A stretch of DNA of 64,000 nucleotides from Candidatus Entotheonellaceae bacterium. Lineage in GTDB: Bacteria; Tectomicrobia; Entotheonellia; Entotheonellales; Entotheonellaceae. The stretch is taken from the NCBI GenBank assembly GCA_965238075.1, contig OZ250173.1, forward strand, positions 704,001 to 768,000, in the 5' to 3' direction. A model generated the notes under the pieces. The model did no database searches, was not told the DNA's origin, and saw only the letters and a program-made list of their open reading frames with translations. The position numbers and the translations under genes were made by a program. Each line of letters opens with the position of its first letter. Position 1 is the stretch's first letter. Of this stretch, positions 1 through 9,048 are shown one piece after another.

Positions 1-648
1 CGCACCGGACGCGTCAGCATTCCCGGCTTTTACGAGGACGTGCAGCGTCTCAGCAGCGACGAACTGACCCACTTCCTGGGCAGCGGCTTTGATCTGGATG
101 GCTTCCGGCTGGCCCACGGCCTGCATGACTTACGCAGCGACGACGTGCGGCAGATCGTGCAAGCCATCTGGAGCGAGCCGACCTTCGAGGTACACGGCAT
201 CAGCGGCGGCTACCAGGGCCCGGGCATCAAGACCATCGTGCCCCATGAGGCGGAAGCCAAGATCAGCATGCGGCTGGTGCCCAACCAGAACCCCGACCGC
301 ATTCTGGAATTGACGCGCGATTTCGTCGCCCGCCTCAATCCCGACGTACGCATCACCCCCGGCGGCACCCTGCTTCCCTACCTCGGCGAGTTCAGCGGCT
401 TCTATGGCGACGCGGTGCGCCAAGCGGTGGAATTCGGCTTCGGCATGTCCCCCAGCTTCATCCGCGAGGGCGGCTCCATCGGCGCCGTGGTCACCCTCGA
501 CACGCTACTGAAGGTCCCCATCGTCTTCCTCGGTCTCAGCCTCCCGGAACACGGCTACCACGCCCCCAACGAGAACTTCGATTGGGGCCAGGCCAGCGGC
601 GGCATGCGGGCGTTCGTCAAGTATTTTGAAACGCTGTCGGCGGCGTGA
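1..648 (+). CDS. M20/M25/M40 family metallopeptidase (dipeptidase-like), 5'-truncated by window edge
   Basis: Motifs GGYQGPGIKTIVP, ISMRLVP, REGGSIG, HAPNENF; frame is open back to position 1. Confidence 0.85.
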   Translation, partial: RTGRVSIPGFYEDVQRLSSDELTHFLGSGFDLDGFRLAHGLHDLRSDDVRQIVQAIWSEPTFEVHGISGGYQGPGIKTIVPHEAEAKISMRLVPNQNPDRILELTRDFVARLNPDVRITPGGTLLPYLGEFSGFYGDAVRQAVEFGFGMSPSFIREGGSIGAVVTLDTLLKVPIVFLGLSLPEHGYHAPNENFDWGQASGGMRAFVKYFETLSAA

Positions 649-699
649 GGATACTCAGGCGGGGAGAATCAGTATTGCGCATGACCAAAAGGAATCGAT

Positions 700-1098
700 A
701 TGTCAGCTTGGCTGAAAGAAAAAGCAGGCACCATAGCCGCTGTTGCCGGAACAATCGCCGCGTTCGTCGCCGTCCTGCAATTGTTCGTTGTTGGCCCAAT
801 GAACCAGCGATTCGACGCCATGGAAAGGCACATTGACCAGCGCACCAACGATTTGACGGTACTGACGAACCAGCGCTTTGACGCTCAGGACCAGCGCCTT
901 GACCGCCTTGCCGACGAGGTTGTAGAACTCCGCAAGCTGACGATCAGCATCGGTGAACGGGTATCGCGCAGCGAGGGCCAGATCGAGATTATCCGGGAGC
1001 AGATCAAGACCGTGGATGCACCGCAAATCCGGGTCGCAGGTCTGCGCCAGCACGGACGCCAGACAGCGATTGCCTTTGAGAGCCTGCCCCGTACTTGA
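700..1098 (+). CDS. Small hypothetical protein, N-terminal TM helix plus coiled coil
   Basis: Hydrophobic N-terminus, repeated NQRFDA heptads, RBS-like AAGGA upstream; stop codon lies inside a palindromic repeat. Confidence 0.65.
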   Translation: MSAWLKEKAGTIAAVAGTIAAFVAVLQLFVVGPMNQRFDAMERHIDQRTNDLTVLTNQRFDAQDQRLDRLADEVVELRKLTISIGERVSRSEGQIEIIREQIKTVDAPQIRVAGLRQHGRQTAIAFESLPRT

Positions 1099-1116
1099 TA
1101 CGGGGTCCGGGGCAGG
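1081..1116. repeat. Short palindromic repeat (GCCTGCCCCG-ACTTGAT-CGGGG family)
   Basis: agcctgccccgtacttgatacggggtccggggcagg; related copies at 12088-12150 and ~33870-33898. Confidence 0.7.
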
Positions 1117-1284
1117 ATTCCCGAGCGGGGAGACGAACACCTCCTCCTTGTCCCTTGGTATCAGCCGACGCTTCTGATCCTTCCTTCACCTGGAGTCCTG
1201 AAAAGGAAACGAGCCTGCAATGAAATCGCGTTTCCTGTCATAATGTCCGCGTAGATATTGAACATTGATGGAAATGAAACGGAA

Positions 1285-1712
1285 ATGACCCGCGAAACGA
1301 CCAGCCTCTATGCCCTGCCTGAGCGGGGGGCGTTCTACGAGACGACGGCCATCCTTGACCAGTTGGTAGAAGCCAGAAGCGCCGCCGGGTCCTGGCCGAG
1401 CGCCAGTTGCACATCCTGGAATCTCTGCTTGATTCGCCTACGCCGGAAACCACGGATTTGCTTCTTCGTACTGTGAGTGAATACCGCCATCTCAAATACC
1501 CCGGCCGCGCGTGGGTCAGAGACGTCATCAATTTGCGGGACATCGGCGCTATCAGAATCGACGAAAACGGCATCATCACCCTTAATCTTGACTGGCCCCA
1601 ACAGCTATCGGAGTCGGAATTGCTGGACGGATACGAGAACCTGCCGTCAGCGGTTTCGGCCAGTCATCCCGCCATGGCCGCTGTGTCCCAACTGCTCAAT
1701 CGCCGCCGTTGA
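1285..1712 (+). pseudogene. Probable Fic-family protein relic (internally deleted or chimeric)
   Basis: ETTAILDQLVEAR resembles Fic N-terminal domains; it is joined out of frame to a C-terminal-like segment (LNLDWPQQLSESE); no Fic HPFxxGNGR motif remains. Confidence 0.35.
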
Positions 1713-1786
1713 GGAAGGTCTGAACAGGTCGCTACAACACGAACAGATACCGCGTTCATCGCCGCGGCACGCCGCTGCTCATTGCC

Positions 1787-2151
1787 GTGAAAATAGCCCG
1801 TTCCAGGTCCCATATCGTCATTCCGGCGCAGGCCGAAATCCAGGACCGTTGTACCGCAGAAATCTTCCTGGACCCCGGCTTTCGCCAGGGTGACGAGATC
1901 CATTTCCATGGCTCTTGATGCGGCCTTGGCGAGGACATGGGATCCCTATGAAAATAGCCTGCGCAACGCCCCGGGCCGTCGTAGGGGCATCCCTTGTGGG
2001 TGCCCCTTGTCCCGTGCAGGCACGAACTCACAGGGCGGGCACGAGACCCGCCCGGGGGAAGCATAACCCCCCAACCCCCCTTGTCAGGGGGGCGGCGGCC
2101 ACTCCGGGACCGATTTTTATTGACCTTCGCGTGGCCTTGCAAAAGGCATGG
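1787..2151. repeat. Mosaic intergenic repeat locus 1 (GTCATTCCGGCG hairpin module + linker + GTAGGGG module)
   Basis: Modules match 30156-30340, 33566-33913, 47895-47972 and 60986-61094. Confidence 0.85.
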
Positions 2152-2178
2152 TGGTTCCGACGGCGTGACGAAACGCTG

Positions 2179-2994
2179 TCAGCTTCGTGAGGGGCGGCGG
2201 AACGGCATCGCCAGCAGGCCAAAGAGCGGCCAGCGGTCGGGTTGGCGGACGTCATCGAGGCCGATAGCCATTGCGGTATGGCCGGCTGCTGGCTGGGCGC
2301 GGTAGGTGCCGAAGAGACGGTCCCACCAGGGCAGGTTGAATCCGAAATTGCTATTGGTTTCTACAGGCAGGGGCGAGTGATGCACGCGGTGCATGTCAGG
2401 CGTCACCAGGAACCATCTCAGCACCCGGTCCACCCCGACGGGCAGGAACACGTTGCCGTGGTTGAACAGGCTGGTGGCGTTGAGGATGACCTCGAACACG
2501 AGGACGGCTATCGCCGGCAGTCCAAGGGCAGCCACGACGCCCATCTTGTAAATCAGGGAAAGCAGGATTTCGACCGGATGAAATCGCACCCCGGTGGTCA
2601 CATCGAAATCGCGGTCGCTGTGGTGCACCCGATGGAAACGCCACAGCAGCGGCACGGCGTGGAACAGGACGTGCTGCAGGTAAATGGCGAAATCCAGCAA
2701 CACCACCGCAGCCAGACCCTCTAGCCAAGGGGGCGTCCGGAGCAGGTGGTTGAACATCCCCCAACCCTGCGCCTCGACGGCCAAGGCCGTACCCACGGCT
2801 GAAGCCGCGGACAACAGGCGCAGCACCAGGCTGTCCACCACCACCAGCCCCAGATTAGCGATCCATCGCGGCGCGGTCGCCGTGCCTGCCTGGCGCCGCG
2901 GCGCCCAGCGCTCAACCAGCGCTACCGCCAGGAAGACGACTCCAAAGCCGCTCAGGCGTATCCACTGCTCGAATTGCAGAATGACGTCTGGCAC
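2179..2994 (-). CDS. Sterol desaturase / fatty acid hydroxylase family protein
   Basis: His boxes HVLFH, HRVHH, FNHGN, HRVHH; WDRLFGT. Confidence 0.9.
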   Translation of the reverse strand: MPDVILQFEQWIRLSGFGVVFLAVALVERWAPRRQAGTATAPRWIANLGLVVVDSLVLRLLSAASAVGTALAVEAQGWGMFNHLLRTPPWLEGLAAVVLLDFAIYLQHVLFHAVPLLWRFHRVHHSDRDFDVTTGVRFHPVEILLSLIYKMGVVAALGLPAIAVLVFEVILNATSLFNHGNVFLPVGVDRVLRWFLVTPDMHRVHHSPLPVETNSNFGFNLPWWDRLFGTYRAQPAAGHTAMAIGLDDVRQPDRWPLFGLLAMPFRRPSRS

Positions 2995-3163
2995 GGCGAA
3001 CCTTTTCGTAAATCAGGGGAATCCAAACGAGACACGACCTGTTAGGCGAGGCAGGTACGATGTGGCTCTTGACAGCAAGCCTTGGCACTTGCCAGGATGG
3101 CTAGGGGCGCATGCCTTGCCGGAAACACATCACGACACACCATACCACAAGGCGGGAGAACCT

Positions 3164-4972
3164 ATGCTCACCGTTGCAAGGCGTTTCAAGAGAGGGCTTT
3201 CGTTACTGACGTTCGGGCTACTGATAATCGGCTGCAGCGGGATGGCGTTCAGCCAGGGGGACAGCGGCGACGCGCTGCTTGAGCGGTTGAATCAGAACGC
3301 CACCGAGTTTCGCTACGAAGTCGGCAAGCCGGGCGGCTCGCTGACGCACTCCACAATCAGCGGGCCGAAGACCTTCAATCTGGCGATCTCGACGGAAACG
3401 TCGTCCACCGAGATCCTGGGGTACCTGTTCGAGGGGCTGACCGAGTCCTCGTGGCTGACCGCCCAGATGGAGGGCAACCTGGCCGAGCGCTGGGAGCACT
3501 CTGAGGATGGCCTGGTGTGGACGTTTTACCTGCGCAAGGGCGCCCAGTGGTCCGATGGCGCGCCGTTCACGGCCGACGACGTTCTTTTCACCTTTCAACG
3601 CATCGTCTACAACGACGACATCCCCGCCTCGGCGCGGCCGGGCCTGACGATCCGCTACCTAGACGAAACCACGCAGGAATGGCAGCGCGGGCAGATCGCC
3701 GTCGCCAAAATCGACGACCACACCGTCCAATTCACCCTGCCCGTCCCCTTCGCACCGTTCCTGCGTACGATAGGGACCCCCATTTATCCCAAGCATATTC
3801 TGGAAAAACACGTCGACGACGGCAGTTTCACCTCGACCTGGGACGTGGGCACCGACCCCGGCGAGATCATCGGCACCGGGCCGTTCACCATCGCACGGTA
3901 CGACGTCGGCGAACGCATCGTGCTGCGCAAGAACCCGCTTTACTGGAAGAAAGACGCGGCGGGCGACGCCCTGCCCTATCTGGATCAGGTCGTGTATCTG
4001 GTGGTGCAGGACACGGCCGCCGCGGTGCTCAAATTTCAGGCGGGCGAGACCGATACCCTCGGCGTCACGGGCGACCAATATCCGGTGCTGAAGCCGGAAG
4101 AGGCCGCCAAAAATTTCACCCTGCACCGGCAGGGGCCGAATTTCGGCACCACCTTCCTGGCTTTCAACCAGAACCGCGGCAAGAACCCCGACAACGACCG
4201 GGCGTTCGTCGAGCCGGCCAAGCTGAAGTGGTTCACGAATCGGGATTTCCGCAAGGCCGTGGCACACAGCGTCGACAAGGACAGCATTATCGACAACGTC
4301 ATGAACGGCCTGGGATACCCGCAATGGGCCGCCATCAGCCCGGCGGCGGGGCCGTTCCACAACCCGGACGTCAGCAAGTACGCCTACGATCTGAAACAGG
4401 CCAACGCCCTGCTGGACGGCCTCGGCTGGTTCGACCTGGACGGCGACGGCTTGCGCGAGGACGACGAGGGCAACACCCTGTCCTTCACGCTGGCGACGAA
4501 TTCCGGCAACGACGTCCGGGAGAAGGTCTGCACGTTGCTGAAACAGGACCTCGCCAAGGTCGGCATCCAGGCCAACACCCGCTTCATGGAATTCAACTCG
4601 CTGGTGTCGCAACTCGTTAGCACATACGACTGGGACGCCATCGTCATCGGCTTCACCGGCGGCGTGGAGCCGCACGGCGCCATCAACCTGTGGCACTCGT
4701 CGGAGCGCCTGCACCTCTGGTATCCCCTTCAGGAGACGCCGGCCACGCCGTGGGAGGCGAAGATTAACGAGCTGTTCGTGCGCGGCAGCCGCGAGATGGA
4801 TGAGACGAAACGCTATGCCATCTACCACGAGTTCCAGCAGATCGCGTCGGACAACGTGCCGGTGATCTACACCGCCCTCGCCGAGCGCATCACCGCAATG
4901 CGCAATATCTACGGCAACATGACGCCGACGCTGTACGGCCTGTTCGATGTACGCTACCTTTACGTGCGGTAG
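3164..4972 (+). CDS. ABC transporter substrate-binding protein, family 5 (peptide/nickel type)
   Basis: Signal peptide after ATG 3164 with GGAG RBS; WSDGAPFTADDVLFT, IGTGPF motifs. Confidence 0.9.
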   Translation: MLTVARRFKRGLSLLTFGLLIIGCSGMAFSQGDSGDALLERLNQNATEFRYEVGKPGGSLTHSTISGPKTFNLAISTETSSTEILGYLFEGLTESSWLTAQMEGNLAERWEHSEDGLVWTFYLRKGAQWSDGAPFTADDVLFTFQRIVYNDDIPASARPGLTIRYLDETTQEWQRGQIAVAKIDDHTVQFTLPVPFAPFLRTIGTPIYPKHILEKHVDDGSFTSTWDVGTDPGEIIGTGPFTIARYDVGERIVLRKNPLYWKKDAAGDALPYLDQVVYLVVQDTAAAVLKFQAGETDTLGVTGDQYPVLKPEEAAKNFTLHRQGPNFGTTFLAFNQNRGKNPDNDRAFVEPAKLKWFTNRDFRKAVAHSVDKDSIIDNVMNGLGYPQWAAISPAAGPFHNPDVSKYAYDLKQANALLDGLGWFDLDGDGLREDDEGNTLSFTLATNSGNDVREKVCTLLKQDLAKVGIQANTRFMEFNSLVSQLVSTYDWDAIVIGFTGGVEPHGAINLWHSSERLHLWYPLQETPATPWEAKINELFVRGSREMDETKRYAIYHEFQQIASDNVPVIYTALAERITAMRNIYGNMTPTLYGLFDVRYLYVR

Positions 4973-5066
4973 CCATCGGGCTTCGTGCCCGCCCGGCGTC
5001 GTGCTCCCCGGACAGGCGGGCGGGTTTGGAGCCTTGCCCGCATCTCCATAACGAAGAGCCCCGCCC

Positions 5067-6935
5067 ATGTACACCTACATCGTCCAACGCCTGCTGATCA
5101 CCATCCCGCTGCTCCTCGGCCTCACCTTCGTGATTTTCATGATCATTCAAATTGCGCCCGGCGATTTTTTCGACCAGTGGGCCTTGCAGCCCGACCTCGA
5201 CCAGCGGCAACTGCGGCAGTGGAAGCGCGAGTTCGGAGCGGATAAAGGCTGGGTGACCCAGTATGTCCGCTGGCTGCGGGGCGTCCTGTTCGACGTGCGC
5301 TTCGCCAACGAACGGGTCCGTATCGGCGATTTCGAGTACGACACGCTGGCCGACAACCGCGACACCTACGACATTCGGGGCGACGCCACCCCCATCCACG
5401 TCCGGCTGCGGGACGAGGGCTCCTTCGCCCTGGCCTTCAACTTCGACGCCCCCGGCGCGAGGGGCGTGCTGGGCAAGACGGACAACCCCAACGCGGCCAG
5501 CGAGCACCCAAGCAGCCACTGGGCCACCGCGGATTTCCAGGCCTTGGAAATGGAGATGCGCAACGACACGGCTGCCGGCGCGGACGTCTTTCTACGGGTG
5601 CAGGACGAGGACGGCCAGGCGTTGGTCGAACGGCGCTTCATCGCCACCGATGCACCCACCTCGATCACCCTGTCGGACGCCGACTACGCCCGCTTCAGCG
5701 TCGCCCGGCAACGCCTCAAAGGATTCATGCTGTTCGCGCAGCAACACGGTGGCATGCCGGCAGAATTGCAGGCTGCCTGGCTCGCCGGCGACACCCTGCT
5801 CGCCACCAGCCGCCACATCCTCGATCCGAGCAAGCGTCAGGTCCTGCTGCGCAATCAGTTCCCCGACGGCCTACTCGACCCTGGCCGCTGCGACCGCGTC
5901 GAGTTCACGGTACTGCCGCCACCAGCAGTGGACATGACCGTCCACATCGGCCTGTATGATGCCGCCGACGGCGCCTACGAAACGTCCATCGCCATGCCCG
6001 CCAACACTACCCGGACCGTCTATGTGCCCCTCGCCGATCTGCAGGCCGCCGGCGTCGATACCACCCGCATGGGTCCGATCAGCTTTCGCAGCGACGCGCC
6101 CGGCTCCCTGCTGGTGGACGAAATCCGCCTCGTCAAGGCCGGCAGCGGCTTCAGCATTGGCGCACCCAATTTCGGCAGGTCCATCGAAAACCGCCAGCCG
6201 GTGTGGTCCACCATGTGGCCGTTCTTGAAAAACACCGTGCTGCTCAACGTTTTCGCCATCCTGTTCACCTGGGTGCTGGCGCTGCCGATCGGCATCTACT
6301 CGGCCACCCACCCGTACTCGTTGAGCGACAAGGTCTTCGGCTTCATGGCCTACATGGGCATGGCCATCCCGTCGTTCTTCTTCGCACTGCTGCTGCTCTA
6401 CGCCACCACCTTGACCTACGACTTCAGCCCCAACCACCTGCTGTACGAATCGTTCCCCATCGGCGGGCTGACCTCGGCCAGCTACTACGAGATGAGCCGC
6501 TGGGAGCGCATGATGGACCTCGCCCGCCATCTGGTGCTGCCGGTGGTGGTGCTGGGCACCGGCGCCATGGCCGGCCTGGTGCGCGTGCTGCGGGCGGAGT
6601 TTCTGGACAAGGGCAACATGCCGTTCGTGGTCACCGCGCGGGCCAAGGGACTGTCCAATACAGTGGTCAACTACAAGCACATTCTGCGCAACGCCATGAC
6701 GCCGTTCGTGGCCGGGTTCGGCTCCCTTCTACCGGCCATGATCGGCGGCTCGGCGCTGGTCGAGATCATCTTCAGCTACCCCGGTATCGGCCAGCTCATG
6801 CTCAAGGCCGTGCGCTCCTACGACATCTACCTGGTAATGGCGAGCTCGCTGGTAAGCGGGATGCTGCTGGTCATCGGCAACCTGATCGCCGACATCCTGC
6901 TGGCCTGGGTCGATCCCCGCATCAGCTACGGTTGA
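5067..6935 (+). CDS. ABC permease OppB/DppB-type with large extracytoplasmic insertion
   Basis: YIVQRLL..APGD N-terminus; TARAKGL..KHILRNA loop; DPRI C-terminus; 622 aa is about twice the usual length. Confidence 0.9.
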   Translation: MYTYIVQRLLITIPLLLGLTFVIFMIIQIAPGDFFDQWALQPDLDQRQLRQWKREFGADKGWVTQYVRWLRGVLFDVRFANERVRIGDFEYDTLADNRDTYDIRGDATPIHVRLRDEGSFALAFNFDAPGARGVLGKTDNPNAASEHPSSHWATADFQALEMEMRNDTAAGADVFLRVQDEDGQALVERRFIATDAPTSITLSDADYARFSVARQRLKGFMLFAQQHGGMPAELQAAWLAGDTLLATSRHILDPSKRQVLLRNQFPDGLLDPGRCDRVEFTVLPPPAVDMTVHIGLYDAADGAYETSIAMPANTTRTVYVPLADLQAAGVDTTRMGPISFRSDAPGSLLVDEIRLVKAGSGFSIGAPNFGRSIENRQPVWSTMWPFLKNTVLLNVFAILFTWVLALPIGIYSATHPYSLSDKVFGFMAYMGMAIPSFFFALLLLYATTLTYDFSPNHLLYESFPIGGLTSASYYEMSRWERMMDLARHLVLPVVVLGTGAMAGLVRVLRAEFLDKGNMPFVVTARAKGLSNTVVNYKHILRNAMTPFVAGFGSLLPAMIGGSALVEIIFSYPGIGQLMLKAVRSYDIYLVMASSLVSGMLLVIGNLIADILLAWVDPRISYG

Positions 6936-6940
6936 AAGCC

Positions 6941-8128
6941 ATGCAACAGATCAAGTCCCACAGCCAACCGCGCCCGGCAGAGGCCCCGTCCCGGAGGGCC
7001 TCCGGCGATCCGCCTCTGTCGCGCTCGCCATTGCGCCGCGCCCTGTTCCGGCTGCGCCGCAACCGCCTGGCCATGCTCGGCTTCTGGCTCCTGGTGTTTT
7101 TATACGGCAGCGCCGTCTTCGCCGACTTTCTGGCCCCGTATCACTACGCCAGCAGCGCCCGCAAGAAGGCGTATCACCCACCGATGATCACCTGGCTGCG
7201 CATCTCCGACGCCAACGGCCTGCGTTGGCCCTACCTCACCAACAGCACGTATGAATTCGACATGAACCAGCGCAAGGTGTACCGCCCGACGCCCGGCGCT
7301 GCCTACCCGGTCGGCTTCTTCGTCAAGGGCGATCCCTACCGCCTGCTGGGGCTGTTCGAGACCCGCGTGCACCTGTTCGGCCTGCGCGGCCTGGAACACG
7401 TCGACCCGGACGACCCGAACCGGCCCATGCTCTTCCTGCTCGGTGCCGACAACTTCGGGCGCGACGTGCTGTCGCGGCTCCTCTACGGCGGGCGCATCTC
7501 GCTGTCCGTAGGGCTGATCGGCGTTGCCATCACCTTCGTGCTCGGCATGCTGGTGGGCGGTGCCTCCGGCTACTTCGGCGGGCGCACCGACATCGCCATC
7601 CAGCGCCTGTGCGAAATGCTCATGCTGATCCCGGGCTTCTACCTGCTGCTGTCGCTGCGCGCCGCCATCCCCGCCAATTGGTCGTCGTTTCAGACTTACG
7701 TGGCCATCATCGCCATCCTCAGCTTCATCGGCTGGGCCGGGCTGGCCCGCACCATCCGTGGCCTGGTGCTGTCCATCGCCGCGATGGATTACGTGGCCAG
7801 CGCGCGTGCCATGGGCGTTCCGGACCGCCTCGTCATCGTGCGCCACGTGCTGCCCAACACGCTCTCCTACGCCATCGTTTCAGCCACCATGTCCATCCCC
7901 GGCTACATCCTGGGCGAGTCCGGCCTCAGCCTGCTCGGCCTCGGCATCCAGGACCCGGAAGCCTCCTGGGGCAACATGCTGGCGCTATCGATGGACATTG
8001 CGCAGATCAAGTTCCATCCGTGGATTCTCATCCCCGGCGCGCTGATTTTCGTCACCGTCATGGCATTCAACTACCTCGGCGACGGCCTGCGCGACGCCTT
8101 TGACCCACGCGGCGTGCAGGGTAAGTAG
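6941..8128 (+). CDS. ABC permease OppC/DppC-type
   Basis: LGADNFGRDVLSRLLYGGRISL, RHVLPN, GDGLRDAFDPR. Confidence 0.92.
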   Translation: MQQIKSHSQPRPAEAPSRRASGDPPLSRSPLRRALFRLRRNRLAMLGFWLLVFLYGSAVFADFLAPYHYASSARKKAYHPPMITWLRISDANGLRWPYLTNSTYEFDMNQRKVYRPTPGAAYPVGFFVKGDPYRLLGLFETRVHLFGLRGLEHVDPDDPNRPMLFLLGADNFGRDVLSRLLYGGRISLSVGLIGVAITFVLGMLVGGASGYFGGRTDIAIQRLCEMLMLIPGFYLLLSLRAAIPANWSSFQTYVAIIAILSFIGWAGLARTIRGLVLSIAAMDYVASARAMGVPDRLVIVRHVLPNTLSYAIVSATMSIPGYILGESGLSLLGLGIQDPEASWGNMLALSMDIAQIKFHPWILIPGALIFVTVMAFNYLGDGLRDAFDPRGVQGK

Positions 8129-8192
8129 AGGAGTGTGCGATAATGCACGCCCTGGACTGGCGTAAGCCAACCGGAGCCCAAGAGGGAAAATC

Positions 8193-8460
8193 ATGGCCGA
8201 CGAGTATGTCAGCAAGGAGCAGTTTGGAGAGTTCGGCAAGCGTATGGAGCAGGCGTTTGCCCACGTGCATCAGTGCCTCGACGAGCAGCACCAGAATTTT
8301 TGCGATCCACGGCGATATACGCTAAGCGCGTAGCTGGTTGCTCCAGCTCTACATGCTGGTGGTTTTTGGCTTGGTGATTTTTGGCTTGGTGATTTTTGGC
8401 TTCATGGGCAGGGTTGCGCTGATGCCTTTCAAAGAACTGCTTTTTCAGGTAGGCCCGATA
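8193..8460 (+). pseudogene. Degraded small coiled-coil plus C-terminal TM protein
   Basis: MADEYVSKEQFGEFGKRMEQAF.. after GAGGG RBS; frameshift near 8297; in-frame TAA at 8323; continues WLLQLYMLVVFG.. Confidence 0.5.
8356..8400 (+). repeat. Tandem 15-bp repeat x3 (TTGGTGATTTTTGGC)
   Basis: ctggtggtttttggc ttggtgatttttggc ttggtgatttttggc. Confidence 0.95.
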
Positions 8461-8591
8461 CGGGCAGGAGCGCTGATGAGGCACCTCGCTCTGCGTCGGG
8501 TGTCGAATTGCGCTATGTTTGGCCGTTTCTCAAAAACGCAACCGGCAGCGCCCCCAGGGCGCGTCCGCCCGACCCGCAGGAGGATAGCCAC

Positions 8592-9047
8592 ATGAAAGTG
8601 TTTTCCGGCATCGAAGAGGCCAAGGAGTACGTCGGCAAGGAAATCGGCGTCAGCCCGTGGTACGACATGACGCAGGAGCGCATCAACGCCTTCGCCGACG
8701 CCACCGGGGATCACCAGTGGATTCACGTCGACGTTGAACGCGCCAAGAACGAATCGCCCTTCGGCGGTCCGGTGGCGCACGGGTATTTTACGCTGTCTCT
8801 GGCGCCGAAAATGATGTGGGAAGTGTACAAAATGGAAGGCGTCACGATGGGCGTCAACTACGGCGTCAACAAGGTGCGCTTTCCCGCCCCGGTGCCCGCC
8901 GGCAGCCGTATCCGCATGCACCTGGAACTCAAGGAGTTGCAAGACATCGAAGGCGGCGCGCAGGCCGTCATGCTGCTGACCTTCGAGCGCGAGGGGCAGG
9001 AGAAACCGGTGTGCGTGGCCGAATCCGTATCGCGCTGGTACGTGTGA
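8592..9047 (+). CDS. MaoC-family (hotdog) dehydratase
   Basis: FADATGDHQWIHVD, AHGYFTLSL, NYGVNKVRFPAPV. Confidence 0.92.
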   Translation: MKVFSGIEEAKEYVGKEIGVSPWYDMTQERINAFADATGDHQWIHVDVERAKNESPFGGPVAHGYFTLSLAPKMMWEVYKMEGVTMGVNYGVNKVRFPAPVPAGSRIRMHLELKELQDIEGGAQAVMLLTFEREGQEKPVCVAESVSRWYV

Positions 9048-9048
9048 G

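Noticed and set aside
1787..2151. Repeat clusters as a CRISPR array or ncRNA gene
   Set aside because: No regularly spaced identical repeats with unique spacers and no cas genes; the copies are dispersed and degenerate
2684..3163. Long N-terminal ORF extensions (SBP1, iscS, oppC, CoA transferase, LLM and others)
   Set aside because: They overlap upstream genes; downstream starts with RBS and family-typical N-termini fit better
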